In this document: positions 11,040 through 23,337 of the stretch, in pieces
Numbering within the stretch: the stretch's first letter is position 1
Layout: every line of letters begins with the position of its first letter
Assembly: GCF_009914755.1 (NCBI RefSeq)
Contig: NC_060929.1
Source: the human T2T-CHM13v2.0 reference genome, Homo sapiens
Strand: one strand, 5' to 3'
Length of the DNA stretch: 64,000 bases
Translations under genes and position numbers: made by a program
The notes under the pieces: generated by a model
What the model saw: the letters and a program-made list of their open reading frames with translations, nothing else
What the model was told of the DNA's origin: nothing
Databases searched by the model: none

Positions 11040-11970
11040 TAGACATCCTTAGGATACTGTTGAGAATAGACAAGTACTGTAAATTCCTAGCAGAGGAACT
11101 GTTGAATAAAAGAGCATGTGTTTTTGAAATTCTGCTAGATACTGTTAAATTGCCATGCAAAATGTTATCCCCGTTGACAAACGCATCAACCATATAAGGG
11201 ATTGCCTGTTTCCCAACCCTTCACCTACATGCTATTCATATATTGTTTTTAAATTTTGCAAATTTGATTTGTAAAGCTTGCTCTCAATATCATTTTATAT
11301 TTCATTCCTTTACCTGTGAGTGAATTTGGACATCATTTTATAACTTTATTTGCCATGTTAATTCTTCCATAACATATCTATTCATAGCCTTTGGTGTCAT
11401 ATGTACTAGGAAATTATACCAGGAAATTAACATTGATACAATGCCATTGACTAATCTACAGCCTTCACTCATGTTTTGACCATCTATTCAAGTTACTGGT
11501 CCAGATTGCCATCCAGGATCCCTGTTGCATTGATTTGTTCTGTCTCCTTAGTCCTCCCAAATGTCAGCTGTTTCTTTGTCTTTTGTGACATTGACTGACA
11601 CCTTTGTGAAGTATTGGTTATTTAACTGGATGTCTCTGAATTCAGATTTGTCAGCTATCTCCTTACGATTAAATTCAGATTATCTATTTTTAGCACAAAT
11701 ACCACAAAGGGATGTCTACCCTTCTGAGTGTAGGATATTGGGAAGAACACGTCACCTTCTCCATCTTATTACTGGTTACCTTTTATCACTTGCTGGTGTC
11801 TTCCAAGCATAACCACTGTAATGTGGTTTCTAATTAATATCTTGTGGGGCAATACTTTGAGGCTATGCAAATATCCTGATTCTTACAATTTTTTAACTCA
11901 CTAATTTTAGCATCCTATTTATGATTCTTTGCAATAATTATTACTGTGGCATTTGTCAAATGGCAGTTTT
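11040..11970 (-). mobile_element. Ancient L1 fragments (L1ME and L1MC4/5-like 3' region)
   Basis: Contains aggaaattaacattgatacaat, atccaggatccctgttgcatt, atactttgaggctatgcaaatatcctg and ctaattttagcatcc, all characteristic of L1MC 3' ends. Confidence 0.65.
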
Positions 11971-13039
11971 TTTTTTTTTTTAAATCAGGATTGTGTTTTC
12001 ATATTTTGATTTCACACAACAACAACAATGAAGCAAAAAACAGGCTTTGGTAACATTGTGTATTGTGTAATTTGGTTTGCTGGGCAAAGCCATGTCAGCA
12101 GAAGCCATATTTTAGGTTGTATGAATAAACATCTAGGAAAACTCAAATACCTGTGACCTTCAAAAGACTATTTTTGTAATAACTCTTCCTTGATAAGCAT
12201 AGTTGATATGAAAGATGATTTGAGAATCTAGACTTATTTTTTGGTGGAGTCATAATATTTTTGTGATATATATAAATGTGATTGATGGGTTACTTTCAGA
12301 TTTAAGCATGTAACTCATGTTAACAACTCTTATGAAAAACATTGCTGGTATCTGTCTTCTACCTAAAAAGTGGAATTTTAGATTGAAAAAATAATTGAAA
12401 ATCTCATGTTTTAAAAAACTTACCACTGTTCAAAAATGTCACCTACTTTTTCTTCCATCAACAATAGACTGTTGGATAAAAAGTTGTGAACTTTTAGACC
12501 TGTCATCTGTACAATTTACTTGTGCTTTATTGGCTTAAAATATCTGCTAGGCAGCAATTGCCAGTCTAAAACTTAAATACACATTTCAAATCTAATTATT
12601 TGTCAAAGCAACTTTGCAAAAATGTTATTTTTTTGAACATGATCCAAAATTTCCTGTCTAAAACACATTTCCTTTAAAACTCAACTGATATAAAAGACAA
12701 GTATGGGTACATTTTGCAGAATATTATTCAAAGGGAAAGAAAATGAGATATTTAGGTTGATGAAATAAGAGAATAAGCAACTGACAATAATGTAGACCTC
12801 CACTTCAGATTGTATTTTTTTAAAAAATCAAATACTTTTCTATGACTTCTCTCTAACCTCTTCCACATAAGTAGTTGAGTTTTATCACAACATTAGTATA
12901 GTATATTTGAATATTGTGCTAACATAACAAATGTGTCAGTGACTTAGTTTTTGCATAATGGAGCTCATATATTTATAGCTAAACTAATATTCTGAATAGT
13001 TGTTATTTTTTCCTTGGTCTCTGGGTGGGTCCTTGTAGC

Positions 13040-13166
13040 AGAGTACCCTCAGTTTCATTGTGGACATACAGTGTGAGTGAGATTTAAACCTTTCATTTGT
13101 TAAATCATCAATATTTTGAATTTCTTTCTTATAAGAATATAAGCTTAACCTTCCCTGATTAATACA
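13040..13166 (+). mobile_element. Old MLT1 LTR 3' fragment
   Basis: ggacatacagtgtgagtgagatttaaacctt...ccctgattaataca. Confidence 0.5.
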
Positions 13167-13404
13167 GTTACTAAGATTTCCCCCCTCTCTCCTATAACAA
13201 CTTAGTTTCCTTAGACTAAATACTCAGATGTGGGACTGCTGGATCAAAGGTATGCCTATTTTAAGTTCTGCATTTTTCTAGAGTACTTTCAAATAAAAGG
13301 TATAGGAATTCACAGTCACAAAATCAACCAGTAGTACAGTATAAAATCTATTTTATTCATTCAGTGAACTATGAATGCATCTAGTAAGAGGAAGGATTTA
13401 GATG

Positions 13405-13860
13405 AGAAACTCTCAAATGTTTTGGTCTCAAAATTACTTTATACTCTTAAACAATATCGAGAACTCAAAAAAAAACTTGCTTAATGGGTTGCATCTGTTG
13501 ATATTTCCCATGTAAGCAATTAATATTGAGAAATTATAAATATCATTATGTACAATTAAGTATTTTAAAAAGAGCGGTAGAACATCTATTGCATGCTAAG
13601 ATAAATAACATTTCTATAGAAAACAATCATGTTTGCCAAAATGAGAAATAACTGTGGGAAGAGTGGCATTGTTTTAATTTAAAAAACGTCTGCCTCGCTA
13701 GAAGATACCTAGATCTCTCAGCTGCCTCTGCATTAAATCTGTTGTGATAATTGCACACAATATGGCCTCCGAAAAAGTCTACTGTATATTTGTGAGAGAA
13801 TAAGTGAAGCAAAAAACTAAGGTCTTAGTATTATCATGGAAACACTTCTGACCTTTCAGT
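13405..13860 (-). mobile_element. Charlie1b-like hAT DNA transposon
   Basis: Both Charlie1 ends are recognisable: ctctcaaatgttttggtctca...actcttaaa and ctactgtatatttgtgagagaataag...gtcttagtattatcatggaaa. Confidence 0.7.
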
Positions 13861-14182
13861 CAACCAGCCAGAAAACTTACAGAACTTCTTATGGTCTGAA
13901 TGTTGGTGTCCCCCCAGAGTTCATGCTGAAATCCTGACTCCCCAAGGTGATGATATCAGGAAGTGGGGCCTTTAGGGGAATGATTAGATTGTGAGGGCAC
14001 AGCCCTGGGAAATAGGATTAGTGCCCTTTTAAAGGAGGCCTGAGGGAGCTCTTTCACCCTTTCTACCATCTGAAGACGGGGTGAGAAGGCGCCATCTATG
14101 AACCAGAAAGCAGTCCCTCACCAGACATCAAATTTGCTGGCACCTTGATCTTGGACTTCCCAGACTCCAGAACCACAAGAAA

Positions 14183-14621
<439 letters not shown>

Positions 14622-14715
14622 CTAAAACAGAACTTCTGGTTTAGATCATTAGCTACCAACTTGGGGGAATGGGGCCAGGCTGCAATAAATGACAAAGCAA
14701 TCCTAAGAGATGGAT

Positions 14716-14831
14716 TATATATATTATATATATAATATTTTAATATATATTTTATATATGCATATATATTTTTATATATGCATATATATTTTTATATATG
14801 CATCCATGTGTCTATATATGTGTGTGTATAT
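14716..14831. repeat. TA-rich low-complexity tract with a 20-bp unit (catatatatttttatatatg, about 3 copies)
   Basis: Read directly from the sequence. Confidence 0.85.
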
Positions 14832-14983
14832 CTTTAACAGTAACACCTACTGTTAAATATACCATTAGAAAAATTCCAAAGGTTGAAACTACTGCACAGA
14901 AGCGTATCTCTGTCCAGGGTTGTCTAAACACTGAAGACTCTCCAGGAGAATTTGCCTCTGGACGTTAAGGTGATTGACCTGGG

Positions 14984-15604
14984 GACTTTAGTTTTTGTTG
15001 CTGTGTAACAAATTACCCAAATGGAGTGGCTGAAAGCAGGAGCCGTTTGTCATCCCTCAGCTCTTTAAATCAGATGTCTGGCCCAACGTGAGTGGTTCTC
15101 TGTTTGGGTATCACAAGGTTGAAATCCAAGTTGAGCAAAGGTCTCATCTGGAGGCTCTGGGGAAGGATCCCCTTCAGAGCTCATTCTTGTAGTTGGCAGA
15201 ATTTGTTTCCTGTGGCTATAGACTGGGGTCTCTGTTCTTTTGCTGGTTGTGAGACTGGGGTTCCCTTCAGCTCCTACAGGCTGTTCTCTGTTCCTTTCCA
15301 TGCAGCCCTGTCTATCTTCAAAGTCAACAATGAATAATCTCCTTGGTTTGAGTATCCTTCCACATTCTACTTTCTCTGACCTCCTAATCTGCCACCACAT
15401 GAAGACCATTCTCTGCTTGTAAAGGGCTCACGATTCAGACAGGTCCATACAGATTGTCTTTCTTACAGTCAACTCAGTCATATAACGTAACATAATCACT
15501 GGATTGCTATCTCATCATATTTAGAGGTTCTACCCATACTCAAAAAGGAGGAGGTTATATATATAGGCCAGGGTCATGGGTCATTCCAGTTTGTGCCAAC
15601 CACA
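14984..15604 (-). mobile_element. MLT1D/E-like LTR
   Basis: ttgctgtgtaacaaattaccc...ctcatctggaggctctggggaag...ctcattcttgtagttggcagaattt...tgccaaccaca, about 620 bp. Confidence 0.75.
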
Positions 15605-15631
15605 TGAATCAGAGAATCTGGTTAAACATGA

Positions 15632-15766
15632 TGTGGTAGACAGCCTCTGAGGTGGCCCGCTGTGATCTCCATGCTTGGTATTTACGCCCTTGTGCATCTC
15701 CTTCCTCAAGTGACCTGGACCTAGTGACTCACTTTTAACAATGAGCATATGGAAAAAGGGATGGGA
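15632..15766 (+). mobile_element. MLT1F-like LTR 5' fragment
   Basis: tgtggtagacagcctctgaggtggccc...ctggacctagtgactcactttt. Confidence 0.65.
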
Positions 15767-17168
15767 GGAACACTAAATAAAAAGGTGTACATTGACTCAA
15801 AGTCACATAGACAATGCACATTTAAAAACATTACTCTGTGAAGAAAATCTTGGTGACATTGTAGCAGATGATATAGGAATACTGGTCCTTGTGCCACTAT
15901 CTAGATTAGAGTAATATTTATCACATATTCACCTACACAGTGGCTGCCATCTTTGTCAATGCAGAGCATTAAGAAAGGACCAAATGCCCTGACTGAGAGG
16001 AGGAATACAACTGGAGTGGAAATGTAGTTGTCAGCAGAAAAGAGATGGAAAATATATTTAGGGGTGGAGGTGGGATTTGGGGTTGAGGAAAATGATGGGA
16101 GTGTAGGAACTGTAAAAACAGAGGTAGGCATACTTACTCTGTTTCAGTTCTTGACAATTGGCAATCTTAAATTATGAATGTTTATTCTTTATTAAGAGTA
16201 TTTACAATATTCCTTTCCTAACAATGCTGAACCAAACTGATTGGATAATACAGTCATAAATTTACCTTCACACTTCATCAAAATTAAAGGAATAAGAACA
16301 GCTACATAATGCCTTTATACACATTTCCTCAGTCAAAAATGCTGAGGGGCGTGTGTTGCTTTAAAAATGTGTATTGTATGGTGAAATCTAGAATTAAACT
16401 CCTAACTTAAGGTCGGATTTAATAAAAAGCAAGAGGAGCAGAGTGCCAGGCCCACTTGACTGTGTGTTAGAAAATTCTATTTTATTTGCTCTGCACTTCT
16501 CTGTCTTATGAAACCTGACTTTTTAAAAATTAAACTTAGATTCCCAACTCTGAGACTATATTCAGCATATTTTCTTCCTCGGCTTCTTTGCTTCTATTAC
16601 TCCCTAGGGCCATCTTTGTCTCTTCCCCAGTAAGCCAACTTCCATTGCTGACCAAAATATGATACATCAACATTTACCATCTTTCCATGTTATTGCTTAG
16701 TTTCATTGCTCTATTCATTTTTACAATCTCCCAGCAAGCCCTCCCCTTTTCATGTTTTTATATTTCTCTTCTCTGGAGGCTATTTTTTCTCTTCTTATGT
16801 CTTGCACTACATTTCTATTTTGAAAAAAGAAATACTTGTACTGCTTTTTTCTTAATCAAGAGTAAGGCTGAACTTTATTACATATTCTCAGGCATTGCCA
16901 ATTGACTTTACTAATTCCTGAAAATCATCCATTGGTTGTTAATTCTGTACCATTATCTCCTGGACCGTGAGATCACTAACAAATGCCCTTACTGAGAACA
17001 GTTGGTATTGGATGGTTTAATCAGATTGTAACTTTTTTTTTTAGGTGTACCTAAAGAATCCCTAAGTCTTTCTTCTTGGCCTCAGAAGTTTAGAGTTTTA
17101 AGTTTTCTTGGATTTTATACCATTAGAGCTGGAGATCATTCTATATTTCCTTATCTAAAGTCTCTGTG

Positions 17169-17291
17169 ATAACTCCTTTCCCTATATTCTTATTTTCTCA
17201 TAATGCCTATAAAAATTCAGCTTATAATGCTTATAACCATAAGCATTATAACTGCTTTCCCTGTATTCTTATTTTCTCATATTGCTTGTAA
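17169..17291. repeat. About 44-bp direct duplication flanking a 13-bp perfect inverted repeat
   Basis: Copies start at 17169 and 17248. The hairpin ttataatgcttat-aacc-ataagcattataa lies at 17222-17251. Confidence 0.85.
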
Positions 17292-19394
17292 TCATAATAG
17301 ATTCAGGTATAATCTATGCAACCTTAATATTCATTAGTTCTGATGGTTTTAGATATGAGGATGGTCCAAAATATTTGATGCCATATATCTGGAAACCTTG
17401 TAGTGAAGGTTATTAAATCCTAGGGAATCACAGGAAGAAGTATGGGGAGAAATTTCCAGGAAAAAGAACAGATGTTACAGGGGCAAGCTGATTTATTATT
17501 TCATATTCTATATCTCTCTTACAAATATTGCCCTCTCTCCCACCCAAGCTTGATAATATATACATATATTTATAATTTTTAAAGAGGGATAAATTGGTGA
17601 TGACTGTAGACTTATTTACAAATGTGTACTAAATAACACTTGAATCAGTTCTTATGATTGACTCAAGCTATGACTTACTATAGAATGTCTGAGTTTCCTG
17701 GTTATTTCCCTCTTTCCCTCTTATGCAGATCAAACTCTAGGCCCCACACCTAACATTGCTGATTTAATGATTTAACATTGAACTTGGAAGTGTGTGTTTT
17801 ACATTGGAGGAACCTGATTACAGTGCATAATGTCTTCACAGATAAGTGTTAATGTGGAAAATGGTGCCATATTTTGGAAGTCAACTGGAAAATGACACAT
17901 GGCAAGCTTGGCAGCACAACAGTCGTGAAGCAGTTCATGATCAGCCTTGGAAAGTTGCAGAGAGATGGCAGGCAATGACAGTGATTCAGGCCTTCCCTGA
18001 TTTATACAGGAAATTAACATCTAAGTGGTGTGTGTACAAATTTTTAAGAACAAGTGATCCTGATGGAAAAATAATATGGAAGGTAAAATTTAAAAAGAAA
18101 ACTCTTAGACCTATAAATTGATCATTTTGTTTTCAGAGAACTTGAAAGTGAATTTGATGCTTAGTTTAATCAAATTAGAAGTTGAATAGGGCTGTATGAT
18201 TAAATTCCATAATGGATCATAAGTTAGAAGTAAACCATCATTCCTATTAATGTTTCTATAAATCTAATCATAATTTTGTGGTACTCTGATTCATAATGTA
18301 CATTAAAGTATAAAAACACAGAAAATATTTTTAAGGAAAAATTATTATCTCACTATTAATATGAAAAGGAGAATGCACAATCAATATTTGGAGGAAAAAT
18401 TATCATTCTCTACATATTTTATGTGTTGCCTTAAGCTGGAAGACTTCCTTTGGAGAGAAGGATAAGGCAACTCCAAGTATGTGAAAAACAAAATAAAAAG
18501 AGCAGACAAACAAAAATGTCTGGGAGCAAAGAAACAAGAAACTTCTGGGATTTATCAAAGGATGATTCATTCTTGGTTTTATGGGGATGCAGGGTCTTTT
18601 CAGTTGGGCTGGCTTAGGAAATTAGAAGAAAGATCACTGCTGGCAAATTACGCTTTTCCATGAGACCAGATTTGCATATCCTTGTACAGGTAAACAAACA
18701 CTGCAGCCTACAATAAAAGCTCAGGCCTGGAAAATAACTGTTACAAGATAAGAAGTCATTTAATGTTTAATGATTTAATATCTTCTGTGTAATTATTTTT
18801 ATGCTCAATAAGTAAGCTCTAAATCCAAAAGTCACGAAAATTGGTCAAAAAAGGTTAATTCTAGAAACAAGACAATGAGAAGCAATTGATATTTTTGCAG
18901 GGAGAACGATGTCATCAATAATCGGTTTCATAATAATTTTGAGTGCAGAGAGCAGTTTTTAACATAATAATGCTGTCCTGATGGCAAGTCAAAAGTAATT
19001 TGTTATTAATAATAGATGAAGCAATAATATTTTCAAGTAATATTTTAATAAACTGGTAGAATCTAGAGAATTTTTAATTTTGATATTTATTGAGGGGGCA
19101 AAATCAGTGTAAAGTTATAGTTTTCATGCAATTAATTTCACAAAATTCCTATTCATGGGCTTGTGTAGTGCAGGTTAACATTACATGTCATTTGTTTTGT
19201 AGAAGAGGAAGATGAGAGATCATTAGTGAACAGGTTTAGGATATCCTGTGTTTAGGGAGAGGAGTGTGATTATTGCATGGGAAAATAACCCATGAGTGAG
19301 GTTTGGAGAGTTAAGGATAGGGAAACCTCAGTGAGAGTAAGGGAGAGAGGAAACATATTAAAGGGAAAATAGAGGTTTCGGTATTTCTTGAAGA

Positions 19395-19900
19395 GGTAGA
19401 CTTCATAGTCCTCAAACATTACTTCTCCCCTTCTTCTGTAATGCTAGAAACCACCTGATTTCTAGCTACATATGTGATTGTCTAGTACAAACACTATGTT
19501 TCCCAGCTGTGTAGACAGTTAAGTGTGACCGTGTGACCATGTGTCCAAGAATTGTTCAAAGGATGGCAGATGAAGAGATGAATGCAAAGTAATGGTTGTA
19601 CCCTTAATGGGAAATAAATTGCCCTCTCCTTTTTATCTTTGCTCTCTCCTGTGTGCTGCAGTGCAGACATGGTATTGCACAACCTTGAATCATGTGGATG
19701 ACCCTAAATATTGCAGAACATCCCTAGGTAAAAAGGAACCAGGTTCCTTTGGTGACCTCATATGGCAGAACTGCTATGTTGCCCTGGTCTACATGCCTCA
19801 AACCGTATGCAGAGGAATGATAAACTTCTATCTAGTTTAAATCATGGTTAATTTGGGTTTTTGTTACACTAGTATCTGAACCTACACATTAACTAATGCA
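19395..19900 (+). mobile_element. MLT1J-like LTR
   Basis: ctccccttcttc...actatgtttcccagc...agttaagtgtgaccgtgtgacc...ataaacttctatctagtttaa...taactaatgca. Confidence 0.65.
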
Positions 19901-20619
19901 GCATTTATATATTAAGCAATTCTAGGATTTTGTCTCTTTCTAATAATTATGGCTTTCCTGAGGGCCTAGATTACAAAGAGAAGACTGGCATTCACATCTG
20001 TAGGCAGCCTTATTTTTTTTTTTTTGTATTGCAAGCTGTTACCATGCAAGAGTATAAAAGAAGGCCAGGGGAATGATAAAAAATATTGTTCAAAAATTCA
20101 ACTCAATCTGCAAATTACTCTTTGGTAACCCTCTTTTGTATTATCATGGAAATTAATATCTAGTGATAAAAATTGGGGTATTTTTGAAACACGTAAGGAT
20201 GGCTGTGGCAAATATAACATTTGAACCAAGTTAGGCATGAAAGAGGGCTCAACTGTCAGGCAAACTGGAGATAGAAGGAAGTCAATATTGTAGGTAAATT
20301 GTGAATCTATGAGACTGGCTAAACTTTTAGAGATTGACAGGAAAGAGAAAAGAACAGATAAGTAGGAAGGAGTATTTCATAATGTTCAGAATTTTCAAAA
20401 AGAAGAAATAAGGAAAGCAAATCCAAAAGTAAGAGGTGTACTAATGTCCTCTGGTATCACACAATCAGGGTAGAATATTGAGGAAGAATAGCTCAGAGAC
20501 AAAGAAAGAAACAGAAAAGAACCATCAGGAAGCAAGTAAAGTTAACCAATTATCATGATTTTGTGAAAATGATTAGTCTTTCTAAAATTAAGCAGGAATG
20601 TGAATATGTACATCTAATA

Positions 20620-21865
20620 CCCAAATTTCTAAATACTCAGATTTCTAAATAACATTCTGCAAGCAGAACTCCTTGGAGAATCGGGGTTGGGGGAGCAAAA
20701 ATACAAGATGAATCTGGAGCGTCTTGTGATGAGTAAGCAACTCCTTAAAAAAGAAAAGAAAAAGGTAAGAAAAGGGAAAATAAAAATGGACCTGTCCATA
20801 GGACTTAAGAAACAACTGGAAGAGCTGTCAGTGGATTAATCTGGAACCACATGAATAATGAAATATTTATAGTATTTGCATTTTAACCCAAATAACACAA
20901 TAAATATCCATAACCCTCTACTGGTATAAATTAATGTTGAATGAATAAATAAGTAAATAAATAGGGGAGAAGAGACATCTCCTTACACAAGAATTCCATT
21001 CAATAAATGTGAAAGTAAAAGGGGAATTAGAAAATCACTATTAGAGTACTACAGTAATAATTGCTGCAGGCAACTTCCATAATGAACACTGAACCGATTA
21101 GGCTAGGATAAGCAGGATATTTTTACAGCCTCAAAGTAATTTCCCCAAAATATTTATTAATTATTGTGATGGTTTTAAGATATTTCATAGATACTTTCAT
21201 ACACTTCTTTCCAGAAGAAGGAGCTTAATTCTTCACCCTGTGTATATGGGCTGGTCTTAGTGACCTGCTTCCAATGACTAGAGCCTGCAAAGAAGAAACA
21301 AATAGTAATTTAACAGTGGAACTTGCAGATACCACCTGTACCAAATGATGAAGATTAACATCACCAGTAATAAGATATATCGAGTTCATGTGCATCCTAA
21401 TATCATGTGATAAGTAGGGCCCATCACTTCTCCGTCATTCCTTTCAGGAACTCTATAACCTTAGTCTCATCACTAGAAAAGAGCAGACAAATCCAAATTG
21501 AGGGGCATTTTACAAAATATGTGACCAGTATTCTTCAATGTCAAAGCTATGAAAGATGAGAAGACTCAGGAACTGTCACAGGTTGGTGAAGACCAAGAAA
21601 AAAAAGACAGATAAATGCAAGGTGATATCCTGGCTTGAATCCAGAAATATAAAAATTACATTAGTGGAAAATCTGGGGAAATTTGAACCAAGTCATTTGT
21701 TAAAAATGTTTTGTCAATGTTTATTTCTAACTTTTAATAATTATACCATGAATATAAGCTGTTACATTAGCAGGATATGAGTAAAGGGTATACAATAAAA
21801 TTTTGAATCTATTATCTTTGCAACATTTTTGTAAGTCTATAATGATTTCACATTAAAAGTTTATA
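20620..21865 (+). mobile_element. L1MC3/4-like 3' region
   Basis: Contains gaactccttggagaa, aaaatacaagatgaatctggagcgtcttgt, gacaaatccaaattgaggggcattttacaaaata and ctattatctttgcaacatttttgtaagtcta. Confidence 0.75.
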
Positions 21866-22038
21866 GAAATCAACATATTTTTTAAAAATACCTATAACAT
21901 TAGGGTCAAGTGCACAGTTTCTTCACACTATCAGAATCTCTAATTTCTACCTATAAATTACATGTGGGGAAGTGATGGACTAGAATTGAAAAAAAGATCC
22001 AAATTATACACTGATAGCAAAGCACTTGAGTCTGGGAC

Positions 22039-22152
22039 TCAAAATAGTACCTAATTAAATTATGAACAAAATATACAAGAAAAAGACAAAAGATGTGTAG
22101 AAAAGAAAAATACTATACCAAATGAATAGTAATGAGTGGTTAGAGGCCAAAA
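22039..22152 (+). repeat. About 114-bp dispersed duplication, copy 1
   Basis: About 90% identical to 23225-23337. Confidence 0.92.
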
Positions 22153-22699
22153 TATAATTACACATAGGCAACATCAAATTTAATTAAATTCTCAATTTGG
22201 TAGATATTATGTTCTTGCCTTGCAAGGTAAAACATTGCTTTAACAGAAGAATTTATTAAATTTAAATGCAAGTTCTAAAGAAGTTGCTAGTATCATGTGG
22301 AAAGTAACATTTAAGAGAAACTGAGGAAATGGAACTCAAGATGAAAATTTAGCAAATTAATTTCGAAAATGAACGTTTTTATATTCATTTATGACAGCAT
22401 CATGGGCAACTGTGCTGATAGTCATAGATTACCTTCATCTCTGAAATTATCTTCTGGTCTGAAGACAGCAGCCATGAATGTAGCAGCAATAACATTGAAT
22501 ACTGAATTGAAGCATGTGACTTTGTGATAACTTTCAGAGACAATACATGTGATAGGTTGAATTATTGCCATGATACTTTACTCCTCCCTTTCCACATGAC
22601 TTTCCTGCTTCTTCAATCAGAGGTAGAGATATTATAATTTCCTGCTTAAAGCTTTGTTTGGCCAATTTAGTGTTAGAAAACTTGACAGGAGCAAACTCT

Positions 22700-22985
22700 T
22701 GAAATGTGTTTTGTACGTTAAGGATTGCTCTCTTGGACTTTGGGGATGCATGACAAGAATGTGGCCCCAGCTGGTTGCACTGGTCCCAAAAGGATGAGAG
22801 ACACATGGTGCAGATGTGGTCTCTACTTGGAGCTTAGAGGGAAGCCCTGAGGAGCCCAGCTCACATCAACCAAACCCCAGCCAACTCTCATACACAAATG
22901 AGAACACTATTATTATATAAAGCTATAGAGAGAGTTTCATGGTGTTTGTAATGTAGGTTTATTATGGTAATAAGTGACTGGTAGT
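22700..22985 (+). mobile_element. MLT1I-like LTR 3' fragment
   Basis: ggtcccaaaaggatgagagacacatggtgcag...cccagctcacatcaaccaaaccccagccaac. Confidence 0.55.
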
Positions 22986-23224
22986 AAGTTAGAATTGGTG
23001 TCTTCTTGCTTTAGTTTTGACTTGGATTCAAATAAGAAAGAGATTAGACTCGAAACTGTATGAGGTAAAAATCACTGTAGGGAGATATTATTATAAAAAT
23101 ATGTCCTAGGACACTTGAACATCTGAACATATATGCTGTACTTGGTATATAGCATATTATATATATACATATATATATGTATAAAGTATACTGTATATAT
23201 TAATCAAATAAGTAATTAAATATA

Positions 23225-23337
23225 TCAAAATGGTACCTAATTAAATTATGAACAAAATATACAAGAAAAAGACAAAAATATGTAGAAAAGAAAAATAGTA
23301 TCCTGAACGAAAAGTAATGAGTGGTTAGAAGCCAAAA
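23225..23337 (+). repeat. About 113-bp dispersed duplication, copy 2, embedded in a TA-rich tract
   Basis: Matches 22039-22152 and is flanked by (TA)n-like DNA at 23146-23225 and 23338-23400. Confidence 0.92.

Noticed and set aside
18075-18140. Donor-like (aag|gtaaaa) and acceptor-like (ttttgttttcag|) pair
   Set aside because: The implied intron of about 55 nt is below the usual human minimum, and such motifs occur by chance in AT-rich DNA.
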